NCBI GenBank assembly: GCA_963841155.1
Contig: CAWJBM010000002.1
Location: forward strand, 349,885 to 413,884
Reading direction: 5' to 3'
DNA: 64,000 nt
Origin: an uncultured Acidimicrobiaceae bacterium
GTDB taxonomy: Bacteria; Actinomycetota; Acidimicrobiia; Acidimicrobiales; Bog-793
Every line of letters starts with the position of its first letter. Position 1 is the first letter of the stretch. This document shows, one piece after another, positions 10,869 through 21,620 of this stretch. The notes beneath the pieces were generated by a model that was not told where the DNA came from, ran no database searches, and saw nothing but the letters and a program-made list of their open reading frames with translations. Position numbers and translations under genes: made by a program.

Positions 10869-13800
10869 ATGGTAGGGGCGTGACGCGCGCCGTTGCCAGC
10901 CGCCAGTGCCTTGGCCGCGTCGACAGCCGCAGCATCGGGATCGCGACGGGCGCCCTCACCGCCCTCGGCCGGCACAAGCTCGCTCAGGAGCACGGCCAGC
11001 CGGTCGGCAAGATCGGGTCCTGCGGCAAGCGGCACGATGATCTGGTCGACCTCCTGCTTCACTATCGCCCGGGGATGCAAGCGGCCGAGGCGCACCCTGG
11101 CCGATGCCCGCAGGCGGATCGGCGCAAGGCGAGCGACGGCCTCGCCTGTCCGTCCAGGGCCCCCTCCACCCGGACGGGCGACTGAGGCCGTCACTTCGGT
11201 GACGCCCGTCCGGACGCATTCGGCTCTCAGGCGGCCGACGGCGACGAGAGCTTCCGCCTCCCGAGGCAACGGGCCGTAACGGTCGAGCCATTCCGTGCGC
11301 AGGTCCTCGACCGCAGCGGGATCCCTGACCTCCGCCAGCCTGCGATAGGCCTCGAGACGGAGGTCCTCACGTTCCACGTACTCCGGCGGCAGGAACGCGT
11401 CCACCGGCAGGTCGACGGTGATGTCCACCGGGACTCGGACCGGCTCGCCCTTCAGCTCCGAGACCGCCTCGGCCACGAGCCGGACGTACAGGTCGTAACC
11501 GACCGCCGCGATATGGCCAGACTGGTCCCTGCCGAGCAGGTTCCCGGCGCCCCGGATCTCGAGATCGCGCATCGCGATCTTGAACCCCGATCCGAGCTCG
11601 GTGTGCTCACCGATCGTCCGGAGCCGCTCGTAGGCCTGCTCGCTCAGGACATGGTCCGGAGGAAACAGCAGATAGGCGTACGCACGCCTGCCTGCACGCC
11701 CGACCCTGCCACGCAGCTGGTGAAGCTGGCCGAGACCGAGACGGTCGGCCCGGTCCACCACAAGGGTGTTCACCGAGGGCATGTCTATGCCCGACTCGAT
11801 GATCGTCGTGCAGACCAGCACGTCGTAGCCACCTGCCCAGAAGTCGAGCACGACCTGCTCGAGCGTTCCCTCGTCCATCTGGCCGTGCGCGACGGCGATC
11901 CGGGCGTCGGGGACGAGCGCGCGAAGGTCCGCGGCGACGCGCTCGATGTCGTGCACCCGATTATGGACATAGAAGATCTGGCCCTCGCGCAACAGCTCTC
12001 GCCGGAGCGCCTCGGCTACGGCGCGTTCATCCTGCTCTCCCACGTAGGTGAGGATCGGCTGGCGCTCCGACGGCGGGGTGGTGATCAGCGAGAGGTCTCG
12101 GATGCCTGTCAGGCTCATCTCGAGCGTGCGCGGGATCGGGCTCGCGGTCAGGGTCAGCACGTCGACGCCAATGGTCAGCTGCTTGATCGCCTCCTTGTGG
12201 GAGACCCCGAAGCGTTGCTCCTCGTCGACGACGAGAAGGCCGAGCCTCTTGAACCGCACGTCGGGCGTGAGGAGGCGATGGGTCCCGATCACGACGTCGA
12301 CGGACCCGTCGGCCAGGCCTTCGACGACCTTGCGTGCCTCCGAGACGGTCAGGAAACGGGACAGGACCTCGACTCGAACCGGGTACGGCGCGTACCTGTC
12401 GGAGAACGTCTGGAAGTGCTGCTGCGCGAGAAGCGTCGTCGGCACGAGGATGGCGGCCTGGTAGCCGTCCTGCACCGCCTTGAACACCGCACGCACCGCG
12501 ACTTCGGTCTTCCCGAAGCCGACATCCCCGCAGACGAGCCGGTCCATCGGCAGCGCTCGCTCCATGTCGGCTTTCACGTCGTCGATCGCTTTGAGCTGGT
12601 CCGGGGTCTCCGGATACGAGAAGGCCTGCTCGAGCTCGGTCTGCCAGGGTGTGTCGGGCGCGAACGCGTGGCCCGGGACGCTCTGGCGGCGCCGGTAGAG
12701 CTCGACCAGCTCCCTGGCCACCTCCCGAACAGCAGCTCGCACTCGCGCCTTCTGGCGGGACCACTCCGCCCCTCCCATCCGGTTGAGCGCCGGTGATTCG
12801 CCCCCGGTATAGGGCGTGATCGCGTCGATCTGCTCGGAGGGGAGGTACAACCTGTCCCCGCCGCGGTACTCGAGCTGCAGGTAGTCGCGCTCGGCCCCGC
12901 CCATCGCCCGGGTCACCATGCCGGCGAAACGGGCGACACCGTGCACGTTGTGGACGACGTAGTCGCCTGGAGCCAGGTCGTCGAAGAAACCCTCCGTCGC
13001 GCGTGGTCGCGGCCGAGCCTGACGGTGCGGCCGCCGCCGCCCCGTCACGTCCGGCTCGGCGACGATGGCGAGCTTCGAACCGGGGATGAGGCCTCCGCGG
13101 TCCAAGGGCGCGACGACGATGTGGAGGCCCGGGCGGCGGATCTCGGCATCACGAACGGCCGGTGGCTGGTCGAGGAGGAGGCCACAGGAGAGGCCCTCGC
13201 CTTCGAGCACGGTCGCCATGCGCTCTGCACTGCCACGACCGTCGGCACAGATCACGACCCGGTTGCCGGCGCGAACCAGCTCGCCGAGGCGACGCGCCAG
13301 GCCGGCGGAGTCGCCCAGCAGGGGCGGCCAGCCCGAGGCTTGAAGCGTGACCGTGCGGGAGCTCTCGGCAACAGCAAGCAGCGACGCGACCTTGGCGGTC
13401 GTGTGCAGCAAGAGGCGGTCGAAGCCGAGGTGGAGCCTCGGCATGCCGGTCGTGGCTTCGCTGGCCTGGAGCCCCCAGGTCGTCGCCAGGCTCTCGCTGA
13501 GCGCCACCTCCTCGTCCAAGAGCTCGGCCGCCCGGTCGCGCAGCCGCCGCGGCTCGAGGAGCACAACCCGGCAACGCTCGTCGAGGAGATCGGTGAAGAG
13601 GTGTTCCTCCGCGCTGAGCCACGGCAGCCATGACTCCATGCCGTCGAAGAGCTCCCCGTTCGCGATCCTCGCGAAGTTGTCCCTGGCGAAGGGCGCGTCA
13701 GCAGACAGGAGTCGAGCGCGTTCGCGCACGTCCTTGGTGAGCACGATCTCGCGGCAGCCGAAGAGCTCGACCTGCTCGAGATCGGCGACCGAGCGCTGGC

Positions 13801-14472
13801 CGGCGATCTCAAAGGCCGTCAGCCGCTCGACCTCGTCGCCGAACAGGTCGATCCGGATCGGATGGTTCGCCGTCGATCCGAAGACATCGACGATCCCGCC
13901 CCGGACCGCAAGCTCTCCCCGCGCCTCGACCTGGTACTCACGCCGGTAACCCGCGTGGACCAGGCGTGCCACGAGGTCTTCGGGATCCAGGTCTGCACCC
14001 TGGCGAACCACGACCGGCTCGGCGTCTTCGACCTTGGGGCCGAGCCTTTGCAACAGGGCGCGGATCGGAGCAACGACCAAGAAGGCTGTGGGCTGTGCGC
14101 CGGGGTGCCGCCGGGACGCGGGCCTGGCCGCCGACCCGTGGCGCAGGCGCCACATCGCGGGAGCCTGCGGCCCATGGTCTCGGTCGCGGGCGACACGCGC
14201 TCGAACGGGAGCGTCTCCCATGCCGGTAGCAGCTCGACGGCGTCGGCGCCGAGAAACGGCACGAGATCGTGCACAAGCTGCTCGGCCTCTCGAGCAGTCG
14301 CGGTCGCGACCAGCACCGTCGGCGACGTGCTCAGCTCGGCGAGGGCGGCCAGCACGACCGACCGTGCCGGCTCGCCAACCGCGACGACGGCGTCTTCGAC
14401 ACCGAGGAGATCGGCGATTGCATCCTCGCCGGCAAGCAGACCGGGAAGGGCCCCAAGCGGGCGTGAGCTCAT
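10865..14472 (-). CDS. mfd: Transcription-repair coupling factor Mfd, with an apparent 1-nt frame break at about 14156-14163
   Basis: ORF 13819-14541 carries the UvrB-like N-terminus (likely start ATG 14472, 12 nt after the pth stop) up to WETLPFERVSPATETMGRRL. ORF 10865-14221, in another frame, continues AMWRLR...VVAPIRALLQ and carries the helicase motifs (GDVGFGKTEVA, VVDEEQRFG, QLRGRVGR) and TRG/CTD regions. Confidence 0.9.
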
Positions 14473-14483
14473 CTGCGGTTGGC

Positions 14484-15122
14484 TCACGCCCGAGTGTTGA
14501 ACCGGTTCAACGCCACTTCGGGTCCCTCCGAGAGCAGACACTCGACCGCATCGGCGGCCACCTCGACGGCGACGGAGATCAGGGCCCGGTCGGCACGCGA
14601 GGCACGTTTCAGGACATAATCAGCCCCGCCGGCCGGGCTCGGCGGCTTGCCGACGCCGATGCGGACCCGGGCGAACTCGAGATGGCGGAGATGCGACTGG
14701 ATCGAGCGAAGCCCGTTGTGGCCGGCGGTTCCTCCCCCGAGCTTGACCCGGACGACGCCCGGATCGAGATCCAGCTCGTCGTGAACGATGACCAGCGATC
14801 CGGGCGCGAAGACGAGGCGGCCGCGGCCGCGGCCCCCTTCGCCGGAACCCTGTGCCTCCTCAGAGCCCAGGTACCGCCGGACGAGGACCCTGACTGCGAG
14901 GCCGGAATCGTTCACGTAGGTCTGGGGAACCGCCAGGACGAGAGTCCTCCCACCCATCCGGACGACGGCCGTCTCGGCACCGGAGCCCCGCTCTGCACGC
15001 AACCTTGCCGTATGGCGTCGCGCGACAAGGCGCACGGCCTCGGCGCCGGCGTTGTGGCGGGTCCCCTCGTACTCGGGACCCGGGTTGCCGAGCCCGACGG
15101 CGAGCAGGTCGGCTGACGGCAC
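14484..15122 (-). CDS. pth: Peptidyl-tRNA hydrolase
   Basis: LAVGLGNPGPEYEGTRHNAG and GHNGLRSI motifs, in the conserved position between L25 and mfd. Confidence 0.9.
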   Translation of the reverse strand: MPSADLLAVGLGNPGPEYEGTRHNAGAEAVRLVARRHTARLRAERGSGAETAVVRMGGRTLVLAVPQTYVNDSGLAVRVLVRRYLGSEEAQGSGEGGRGRGRLVFAPGSLVIVHDELDLDPGVVRVKLGGGTAGHNGLRSIQSHLRHLEFARVRIGVGKPPSPAGGADYVLKRASRADRALISVAVEVAADAVECLLSEGPEVALNRFNTRA

Positions 15123-15190
15123 GGGCTCTCGGTCCCCGTTCAGGTCGCGGGAACGAGCGGCACGGATACCTCGGAACAGCTTGCCCGCTC

Positions 15191-15832
15191 TCAGTCCTCG
15201 GCGGAAGCGGCTGGCGGTTCGCCTCCAACAGCCGCTTCGGCTGGCTCGACCTCGGGCTCGACCTCGGGCTCGAGTGCGCGCGGCATGTGCGCGATCGCGA
15301 CGGCGGCCTCGGGATCGACATCGCTCGTAACTCCCTCGGGAAGCCGAATGTCCGATAGCCGCAAGGAGTCACCCACCTCGAGCGAGGAGATGTCGACCTC
15401 GATGACGGCGGGGACGTCGCCGGGCTTGGCCTTGATCTGCAGGCTCAGCATCTCCTGGTCGATGGTGCCCTCGACACGGTGTACGGCCTCGGAGTCGCCG
15501 ATCAGGGCGATGCGGACCTCGGCCGTGACGATCTCGTCGCGCCGCACGACCTGGAAGTCGACGTGGGTCACGGTCTGGCGCACCGGGTGGCGCTGAAGCT
15601 CCTTTGCGATCGCAAGGTGCGTCGTCTTCCCGATCTTCAAGCTGAGCAGCGCGTTGAGGCCCGCTTCGGTCGTCAGCGCGGCACGCAGGTCGCGGGCGCC
15701 GATCGCCACCGGTAGCGGAGCCATGCCGTGCCCGTACACCACGCCGGGGATCTTCCCCGCGGTGCGGAGCCGTCCGCTCGGACGCGTGCCCAGCGGGCGA
15801 CCCGACTCGACCTTGAGTGTGATCTCGGCCAT
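15191..15832 (-). CDS. rplY: 50S ribosomal protein L25 / general stress protein Ctc
   Basis: 213-aa ORF with LRTAGKIPGVVYGHG and THVDFQVV motifs and an acidic C-terminal tail. Confidence 0.9.
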   Translation of the reverse strand: MAEITLKVESGRPLGTRPSGRLRTAGKIPGVVYGHGMAPLPVAIGARDLRAALTTEAGLNALLSLKIGKTTHLAIAKELQRHPVRQTVTHVDFQVVRRDEIVTAEVRIALIGDSEAVHRVEGTIDQEMLSLQIKAKPGDVPAVIEVDISSLEVGDSLRLSDIRLPEGVTSDVDPEAAVAIAHMPRALEPEVEPEVEPAEAAVGGEPPAASAED

Positions 15833-15989
15833 GTGACGCTCCTGCGGAGAAGAGGACGGACTGGTGCAGCTACGGACGCGACCAGACCCGCGGCGCGTTC
15901 TTGCGCTCCAGGACTCCGATTGTAGGCGATCGTGTGAGCCCGCTCGGCCGGCCCGTCGCAGCGGCGCTCCGCAAGGCGCTCACGAAAGC

Positions 15990-16961
15990 TCAGAGGAGGT
16001 TCTGACCGCCGAAGATCTCCGACACCGAAGTGTCTTCGAACACGGCGTCGATGGCGTCCGCGACGATCTTGGCGATCGAGAGCACCTCGAGCTTCGGAAT
16101 CCGGCGGTAGACCGGCAGCGGGAGCGTGTTCGTGACGATCACACGGCTGATCGGTGAGGCGTTGAGCCGGTCGAGCGCGGGATCGGAGAGCAAAGCATGT
16201 GTCGCCATCGCCCACACATCGGTCGCGCCCGCCTCGAGGAGTCGGTAGGCAGCGGCGCAGACGGTGCCGCCGGTGTCGATCAGGTCGTCGATGATCACGC
16301 ACGGCCTGCCCCTCACGTTGCCGACCACGTCCATCGCTTCGACCTCGTTGAAGGACCCGCGGGGGTGCCTCTTGTGCACGAGCGCGAGACCCGTGTTGAG
16401 CAACTGGCTGTAGCGCTCGGCGACCTTCACCCGGCCCGCGTCAGGAGCGATGACGACGAGGTCGTCCGCGCCATGCTGGCGCAGGTAGTCCAGCAGCACC
16501 GGGGCCGCCGTGAGATGGTCGACCGGCACGTCGAAGAAGCCCTGGATCTGGCCCGAATGGAGGTCCACGCTCACGACCCGGTCCACTCCGGCCGCCGACA
16601 GCACGTCCGCGACCAGCTTGGCCGTGATGGGCTCGCGGCCGGTGGCCTTGCGGTCCTGGCGTGAATACCCGTAGTAGGGACAGACCGCGGTGATCCGATG
16701 CGCCGAGGCGCGTTTGGCGGCGTCGACCATGATCAGCTGCTCCATGATGGAGTCGTTCACCGGTCCTGAGTGGGTCTGCACAATGAACATGTCGGCACCG
16801 CGTATCGACGCGTCAAAACGGCAGTGGATCTCGCCGTCGGCGAATCTACGGATGTTGGTCTCGCTCAAGGTGACGCCCAGGCAAGAGGCGATCTCCTCCG
16901 CCAGCTCCGGGTGGGACCGGCCGGTAACCAGCTCCAGCCGCCGTTTCGGCGTCATCTCCAT
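15990..16961 (-). CDS. prs: Ribose-phosphate pyrophosphokinase
   Basis: ATG at 16961 is preceded by AAGGAGG with a 7-nt spacer. RFADGEI, YYGYSRQDRK and IIDDLIDTGGT motifs are present. The upstream part of ORF 15990-17153 is not protein-like. Confidence 0.95.
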   Translation of the reverse strand: MEMTPKRRLELVTGRSHPELAEEIASCLGVTLSETNIRRFADGEIHCRFDASIRGADMFIVQTHSGPVNDSIMEQLIMVDAAKRASAHRITAVCPYYGYSRQDRKATGREPITAKLVADVLSAAGVDRVVSVDLHSGQIQGFFDVPVDHLTAAPVLLDYLRQHGADDLVVIAPDAGRVKVAERYSQLLNTGLALVHKRHPRGSFNEVEAMDVVGNVRGRPCVIIDDLIDTGGTVCAAAYRLLEAGATDVWAMATHALLSDPALDRLNASPISRVIVTNTLPLPVYRRIPKLEVLSIAKIVADAIDAVFEDTSVSEIFGGQNLL

Positions 16962-17050
16962 CGACTGGCCTCCTTTGCGTGCCCAGGGCATGCCATCTGA
17001 ACCCTCTCTAGCCCGCGGCGGGAGCCTAGGACCGAACACGTGTCCCGCGC

Positions 17051-18166
17051 TCAGCTCGTTGCGCCGGACCCCGATGCGGACAACGGCCCGCGCCGCTCGC
17101 CGCTCGCCAATCGTGTCCCCCGCTCGAGCACGACGTAAGGGCCGACCGAGCATTGCTCGCCTATCACCGCGTGCGAAGCGACCGTGTGGCTCAGCACCGC
17201 CCCCGAGCCGACCTCACAGTCGACGAGATGAACCGAAGGTCCGAGCACGGCCCCGCCGCCGACCGTCGTCCGGCCCTCCAGGATCACACCGGGGAGCAGC
17301 GTGACCTCAGCTGCAAGGCGCACGGACGCGTCAAGGTAGGTCTGGCCCGGATCCCACATCGTGACGCCACGGAGCATCCACCGTCTGTTGATGCGTGTCC
17401 TCAACTCCGCCTCGGCAGAAGCGAGCTGGGCCCTGTCGTTGACCTCCATGGCCTCAGCCGGGTCCGGGACGACGACCGTGGTGACCGCGTACCCGGCGTC
17501 GTGGAGGACTGCGACAGTGTCGGTCAGGTAGTACTCGCCGAGCGAGTTGTCGGGCGACAGCCGGCGCAGCGCCGGAGCAAGGACGCCATGGCGGAAGCAG
17601 TAGACGGTCGTGGCGACCTCGTCGATCTGGCGCTCGTGCGCGGTGGCGTCATGCTCGTCGACGATGCGAGCCACGCGTCCGTCCTTGTCGCGGACTATTC
17701 GCGAGTAGCCGTCCGGTCTGGCCAGCCTGGCTGTGAGCAGGGTCGCCGCGCCCGCGCCGGCGCGATGGCCCTCGACGAGCGACGCGAGCGTCGCCCCCAG
17801 CACAAGGGGCGTGTCGCCGGGCAGCACGATGACGTCGCCCTCGTCGAAATCGGCGGCCCCATAGGAGCCGAACAAACCCGTGAGAGCGACTGCGACCGCG
17901 TCGCCGGTGCCGCGCTGTTCGGGCTGCTCGACGAACTCGATCGCGAGGTGCCGGGGAGCTTCGGCCTGGATGGTCTTTGTGACCTCGGTCGCGCCGTGGC
18001 CGACGACTACCACGACCCGTTCCACGGCCAGCTCGCCGAGCGCATCGAGGACGTACAGAACCATCGGACGCCCGCACAGCCGGTGCAGAGGCTTGGGAGT
18101 ACCCGAGCGCATCCGGGTACCTTCACCCGCGGCCAGCACGATGGCCGACAACGGACGACGGTTCAT
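17051..18166 (-). CDS. glmU: GlmU-like UDP-N-acetylglucosamine pyrophosphorylase with a truncated left-handed beta-helix domain
   Basis: ATG 18166 gives MNRRPLSAIVLAAGEGTRMRS...QRGTGDAV (uridyltransferase domain), then LbH turns ending at VGPYVVLERGTRL. That is only 371 codons. The remainder of ORF 17051-18541 is upstream read-through. Confidence 0.85.
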   Translation of the reverse strand: MNRRPLSAIVLAAGEGTRMRSGTPKPLHRLCGRPMVLYVLDALGELAVERVVVVVGHGATEVTKTIQAEAPRHLAIEFVEQPEQRGTGDAVAVALTGLFGSYGAADFDEGDVIVLPGDTPLVLGATLASLVEGHRAGAGAATLLTARLARPDGYSRIVRDKDGRVARIVDEHDATAHERQIDEVATTVYCFRHGVLAPALRRLSPDNSLGEYYLTDTVAVLHDAGYAVTTVVVPDPAEAMEVNDRAQLASAEAELRTRINRRWMLRGVTMWDPGQTYLDASVRLAAEVTLLPGVILEGRTTVGGGAVLGPSVHLVDCEVGSGAVLSHTVASHAVIGEQCSVGPYVVLERGTRLASGERRGPLSASGSGATS

Positions 18167-18229
18167 GGACCTATTGTCCACCTCTTGGAAGACTTCGCCA
18201 GCACTTTCCGAGTCCCAGGGAGCCAGGCC

Positions 18230-19663
18230 GTGAATTTCCGTCCCATCCATCTCAGAACGCTCGAAAGCCAGGTCGCGGAGATCTGGGACGGCGAGGTCAT
18301 GGACGTCCTCTCCTCCTACGTCGCCATCGGTTGCCTCTCGCCTGACTTCGACCCCTTCTGGGCGGACAACGGTGAGATCGGACGCGCTGCCCGGCTGCTC
18401 TCGGCGTGGGCGGCTTCGCGTCCGCTGCCGGGCTGCGCCGTAGAGCTTGTCGAGCGCGAGGGCTTGACTCCCGTCATCATCGCGGACGTGCCGGCCACGC
18501 CCGGCGCCGGGACGCGGCTGGTCACCTTGCTGTACGGCCACCTCGACAAGCAGCCGCCCCTCGGGAGCTGGAGGGAGGGACTTGACCCGTTCGTCGCGGT
18601 GCGCGAAGGCGACCGCCTCTATGGCAGGGGAACCGCCGATGACGGATACTCAATCTTCGCTGCCATCGGCGCGCTCGAGGCCCTCGCGGCCACCGGTACG
18701 CCACACGGCCGGTGTGTCGTCCTCATCGAATCGAGCGAAGAGAGCGGGAGCCCGCATCTAGGCCCGTACCTCGACGAGGTGAGGGCTCGCATTGCCGGAT
18801 CAGGCCCCGGGCTGGTCATCTGCCTGGACTCTGGATGCGCCACCTACGACCGGCTCTGGAACACGATCTCGCTCCGTGGCTCGCTCGTGGTCTCCATCAG
18901 CGTCGAGGTGCTCTCCGAGGGAGTTCACAGTGGGATGGCGGGCGGTGTGGTGCCCTCGTCGTTCCGCCTGCTTCGCCAGCTGCTTTCCCGCATCGAGGAC
19001 GAGGCGACGGGCGACATCCTCGTTCCGGAGTGTCACGCCGAGCCGCCGGCCCGGTATCGGGCGGCGGCCGAGACGATGGCCGCCGAGCTCGGGGATGCCG
19101 CCGTCGGCGACTTCCCGACCGTTCCCTCACTCGTGTTGTCCGGCCAGACTGCCGCCGACCGGCTCCTTCGTGTCACCTGGATGCCCTCGCTGGCTGTCAT
19201 CGGGATCGACGGCGTGCCTTCAGTGAGCGACGGCGGCAACGTGCTGCGACCCTTCACGACCGCGAAGCTCTCGCTTCGCCTGCCTCCGCCTCTGGACCCG
19301 GACCGGGCCGGCGAAGCCGTGGTCCGTACCCTGTCGGAGGACCCACCGCAAGGGGCAAGGGTGAAGGTGGACCTGACGAGCGCGGCGAGGGGTTTCGACG
19401 CACCTCCGCAGGCGGAGTGGCTGGCTCGGGCCACCGACGAGGCGTCGGAGGCGTTGTTCGGACGGCGGGCGGGAGCGATGAGCGAGGGTGGGACGATCCC
19501 GTTTCTGGCCGAGCTCGCGTCGCGGTTCGAGGACGCCCAGTTCCTCATCACTGGCGTGCTCGGGCCTGAGAGCAACGCCCATGGCCCGAACGAGATGCTG
19601 GACCTCGCGACAGCTCGGCGTCTCACCGCCGCGGTCGCACACGTGCTCGCATCCGCGCCCTGA
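18230..19663 (+). CDS. M20-family dipeptidase/peptidase
   Basis: LLYGHLDKQPP, YGRGTADDGYSIFAA and ESSEESGSPHL are M20 metal-site motifs. GTG 18230 or ATG 18299 is the likely start. The first 1 kb of ORF 17153-19663 is antisense to glmU. Confidence 0.8.
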   Translation: MNFRPIHLRTLESQVAEIWDGEVMDVLSSYVAIGCLSPDFDPFWADNGEIGRAARLLSAWAASRPLPGCAVELVEREGLTPVIIADVPATPGAGTRLVTLLYGHLDKQPPLGSWREGLDPFVAVREGDRLYGRGTADDGYSIFAAIGALEALAATGTPHGRCVVLIESSEESGSPHLGPYLDEVRARIAGSGPGLVICLDSGCATYDRLWNTISLRGSLVVSISVEVLSEGVHSGMAGGVVPSSFRLLRQLLSRIEDEATGDILVPECHAEPPARYRAAAETMAAELGDAAVGDFPTVPSLVLSGQTAADRLLRVTWMPSLAVIGIDGVPSVSDGGNVLRPFTTAKLSLRLPPPLDPDRAGEAVVRTLSEDPPQGARVKVDLTSAARGFDAPPQAEWLARATDEASEALFGRRAGAMSEGGTIPFLAELASRFEDAQFLITGVLGPESNAHGPNEMLDLATARRLTAAVAHVLASAP

Positions 19664-19733
19664 GCTCAGGCCCGAGGTCTTCGGTCGCCCCACGCGCCCG
19701 ACCGGCCCGACCAAAGCCCCGCCTGGTACTCGG

Positions 19734-20114
19734 CTAGATGCCCGGCTCGGGACTCAGGACCGGCCTGCACTCCGAGCCGGCCGCGCGCTCAGGGCTCGCT
19801 GCAAGCGAGCGGTGCAGCACGGCAGAGACCGGCCGTACCGCAATCTGCTCGCCGGAAACACTCGCCGTGCCGTCGAGGATGAGGCTGAAGCCCCCGTCCT
19901 CGATCGCCGGCCACAGCAATGTGACGTGCGGACGCGTCGACGCGTTCGAGCGCGATCGGACGCCGCCGGACAACTTGAGATCGCCGTGATCCCAGGCGAC
20001 ACGCACCGAAACCGCGTGCGGACGACCGTCGTCCGACACGGTCAGCAGGTACGGAGTGTCCCCGTACTTGGCCGCCTCAGAACGCAGCTGCTCGAGCCCG
20101 ACCGGAACGGTCAT
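19734..20114 (-). CDS. Pyridoxamine 5'-phosphate oxidase-fold (PPOX-class) protein
   Basis: Small split-barrel-like protein (YLLTVSDDGRPHAVSV...). ATG 20114 avoids overlap with the upstream membrane gene. Confidence 0.55.
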   Translation of the reverse strand: MTVPVGLEQLRSEAAKYGDTPYLLTVSDDGRPHAVSVRVAWDHGDLKLSGGVRSRSNASTRPHVTLLWPAIEDGGFSLILDGTASVSGEQIAVRPVSAVLHRSLAASPERAAGSECRPVLSPEPGI

Positions 20115-20154
20115 GGCCGTGATCGTAGGGCGTTGTGAATGTCCGCCGACCCGG

Positions 20155-21177
20155 TCAGGCATCAATCAGGAGGAGCTCCCGGGCCGCCGTGTAGCTCCGC
20201 CGGGCGCTGAGCGCAGCCCAGGCGGTGACGATCGAGATCGCCACGAGGCAGGCCGAGATGAGCGGCCACTCGGCGGCGATCGAGGTCTGCATCGAGATCC
20301 AGGGATGAATGCCGGGACCGGAACCGATCAGGTCTGCTCGCGGGATCGGCGGTTGGTGTGTGACACCGATGCCCCACGCAATCACCGCGACCGCCACGAT
20401 GAACAAGACGATGGCCGTGAGCTGCGCAAGCCACACGCCCCCGCGGAGGTCGCTCACGTGCAGATCCGCGTTGCGGGCCGCGAGCACCACGCAGAAGATG
20501 CTGAGCAGCCCCGCGACCCCGACCACGTCCCAAGCGACCGAGACGACTGAAGCGGCCAGCGGGTGGCCGCCGTGAGCGACCGTCGTCGAGCCGCTGGCCA
20601 AGCCGCCGATGACGGTGACGGTGGGCATGAGCCTGATCCGCAGGAGGTTCAGCCCGATCTCGACGACACCGGCTGCCAGCGGGGCAGTTGTGAGCAGCAG
20701 CCACCGCCGGCCTGCCCGTCCCCTCGGTGCGCGGTCGGCCAAGCGTCCGACCAGTCCCCACCCTGTGAGAAGGAGCAGGAGGATGACAACGCTTGCCCAT
20801 TGGATGCCCGTCATCGCGTCGGCCGCGACGCGTCCACCTGGGCTCAAGGCTGTATGGGGTCCCGCCCACATGGAATACCTGAACGAGTGCTGCTCGATCG
20901 CCACGGTGAGCAGGAGGACGGCCAGGGCCGGAACCGTCGCCCAAAGGATCGAGGCACGCGTGCGATCCCGCCAAGCCCCGACAGTTTGCGGCATCCCTGC
21001 GGGGCGCAGCCTGACCCGCACCGCGCCGGCGGCGAGGTTCACGACGGCTCGACGCAGGGGCCGGCCGTCGTGGACGAGATCCTCGAGGAACCTCTCTTGG
21101 TCCTCGCGGTAACGTTCGCGCCACCAGCCTGGGTAGGCAGCCAGAGCGCACCGGGCGGCAAGCGGCAAGCCGGTCAC
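20155..21177 (-). CDS. Multi-pass membrane protein co-transcribed with the PadR regulator
   Basis: GTG 21177 overlaps the PadR stop (GTGA at 21174-21177). It has at least 6 hydrophobic helices. No family recognised. Confidence 0.6.
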   Translation of the reverse strand: MTGLPLAARCALAAYPGWWRERYREDQERFLEDLVHDGRPLRRAVVNLAAGAVRVRLRPAGMPQTVGAWRDRTRASILWATVPALAVLLLTVAIEQHSFRYSMWAGPHTALSPGGRVAADAMTGIQWASVVILLLLLTGWGLVGRLADRAPRGRAGRRWLLLTTAPLAAGVVEIGLNLLRIRLMPTVTVIGGLASGSTTVAHGGHPLAASVVSVAWDVVGVAGLLSIFCVVLAARNADLHVSDLRGGVWLAQLTAIVLFIVAVAVIAWGIGVTHQPPIPRADLIGSGPGIHPWISMQTSIAAEWPLISACLVAISIVTAWAALSARRSYTAARELLLIDA

Positions 21178-21524
21178 GCCGGGGCTCCCGCTGGGCCTTC
21201 GGACAGGCGGCGCCTCGTCGCTTCGAGCCGCGTCGAACCAGCCGAGGTCACACGCTCGAGCTCGGAAACCTGCGCTTCGAGCGCGGTCGCGCCCGCGGCA
21301 GTCAGCCGGTAGGGGTGGCGCCGGTCCTCCGGTTCGAGCGCCTCGACGAGGCCCCGTTCCTCGAGACGGGCGAGACATCCGAACACCGTCCCTGGGCCGA
21401 TCGTCACGCCTGAGAAGTCCTCGACGTCCTTCATCAGCGCGTATCCGTGCTTCGCGCCGCCTGCGAGGGAGGACAGGACGAGGAGGGAAGGATCAGGTTT
21501 CGGAAAGAGCCGGCGACCGTACAT
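21174..21524 (-). CDS. PadR-family transcriptional regulator
   Basis: LVLSSLAGGAKHGYALMKDVEDFSG...GPGTVFGCLARLEERGLVE is a PadR winged-helix signature. Start taken as ATG 21524. Confidence 0.85.
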   Translation of the reverse strand: MYGRRLFPKPDPSLLVLSSLAGGAKHGYALMKDVEDFSGVTIGPGTVFGCLARLEERGLVEALEPEDRRHPYRLTAAGATALEAQVSELERVTSAGSTRLEATRRRLSEGPAGAPA

Positions 21525-21620
21525 GTCGCTCCATGATATATCACGACACGTAATAGTCAAGAGGAACGCTAGGTCACAGGCCCGCTCGGGATTCGAGCCT
21601 GTGCCCGGTCTCCATTCGAG

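Noticed and set aside
11513-12796. 427-aa plus-strand ORF
   Set aside because: It is antisense to the helicase core of mfd.
17153-18229. The 5' third of the 836-aa plus-strand ORF 17153-19663
   Set aside because: It is antisense to glmU. Only the part from about 18230 onward has M20 peptidase motifs.
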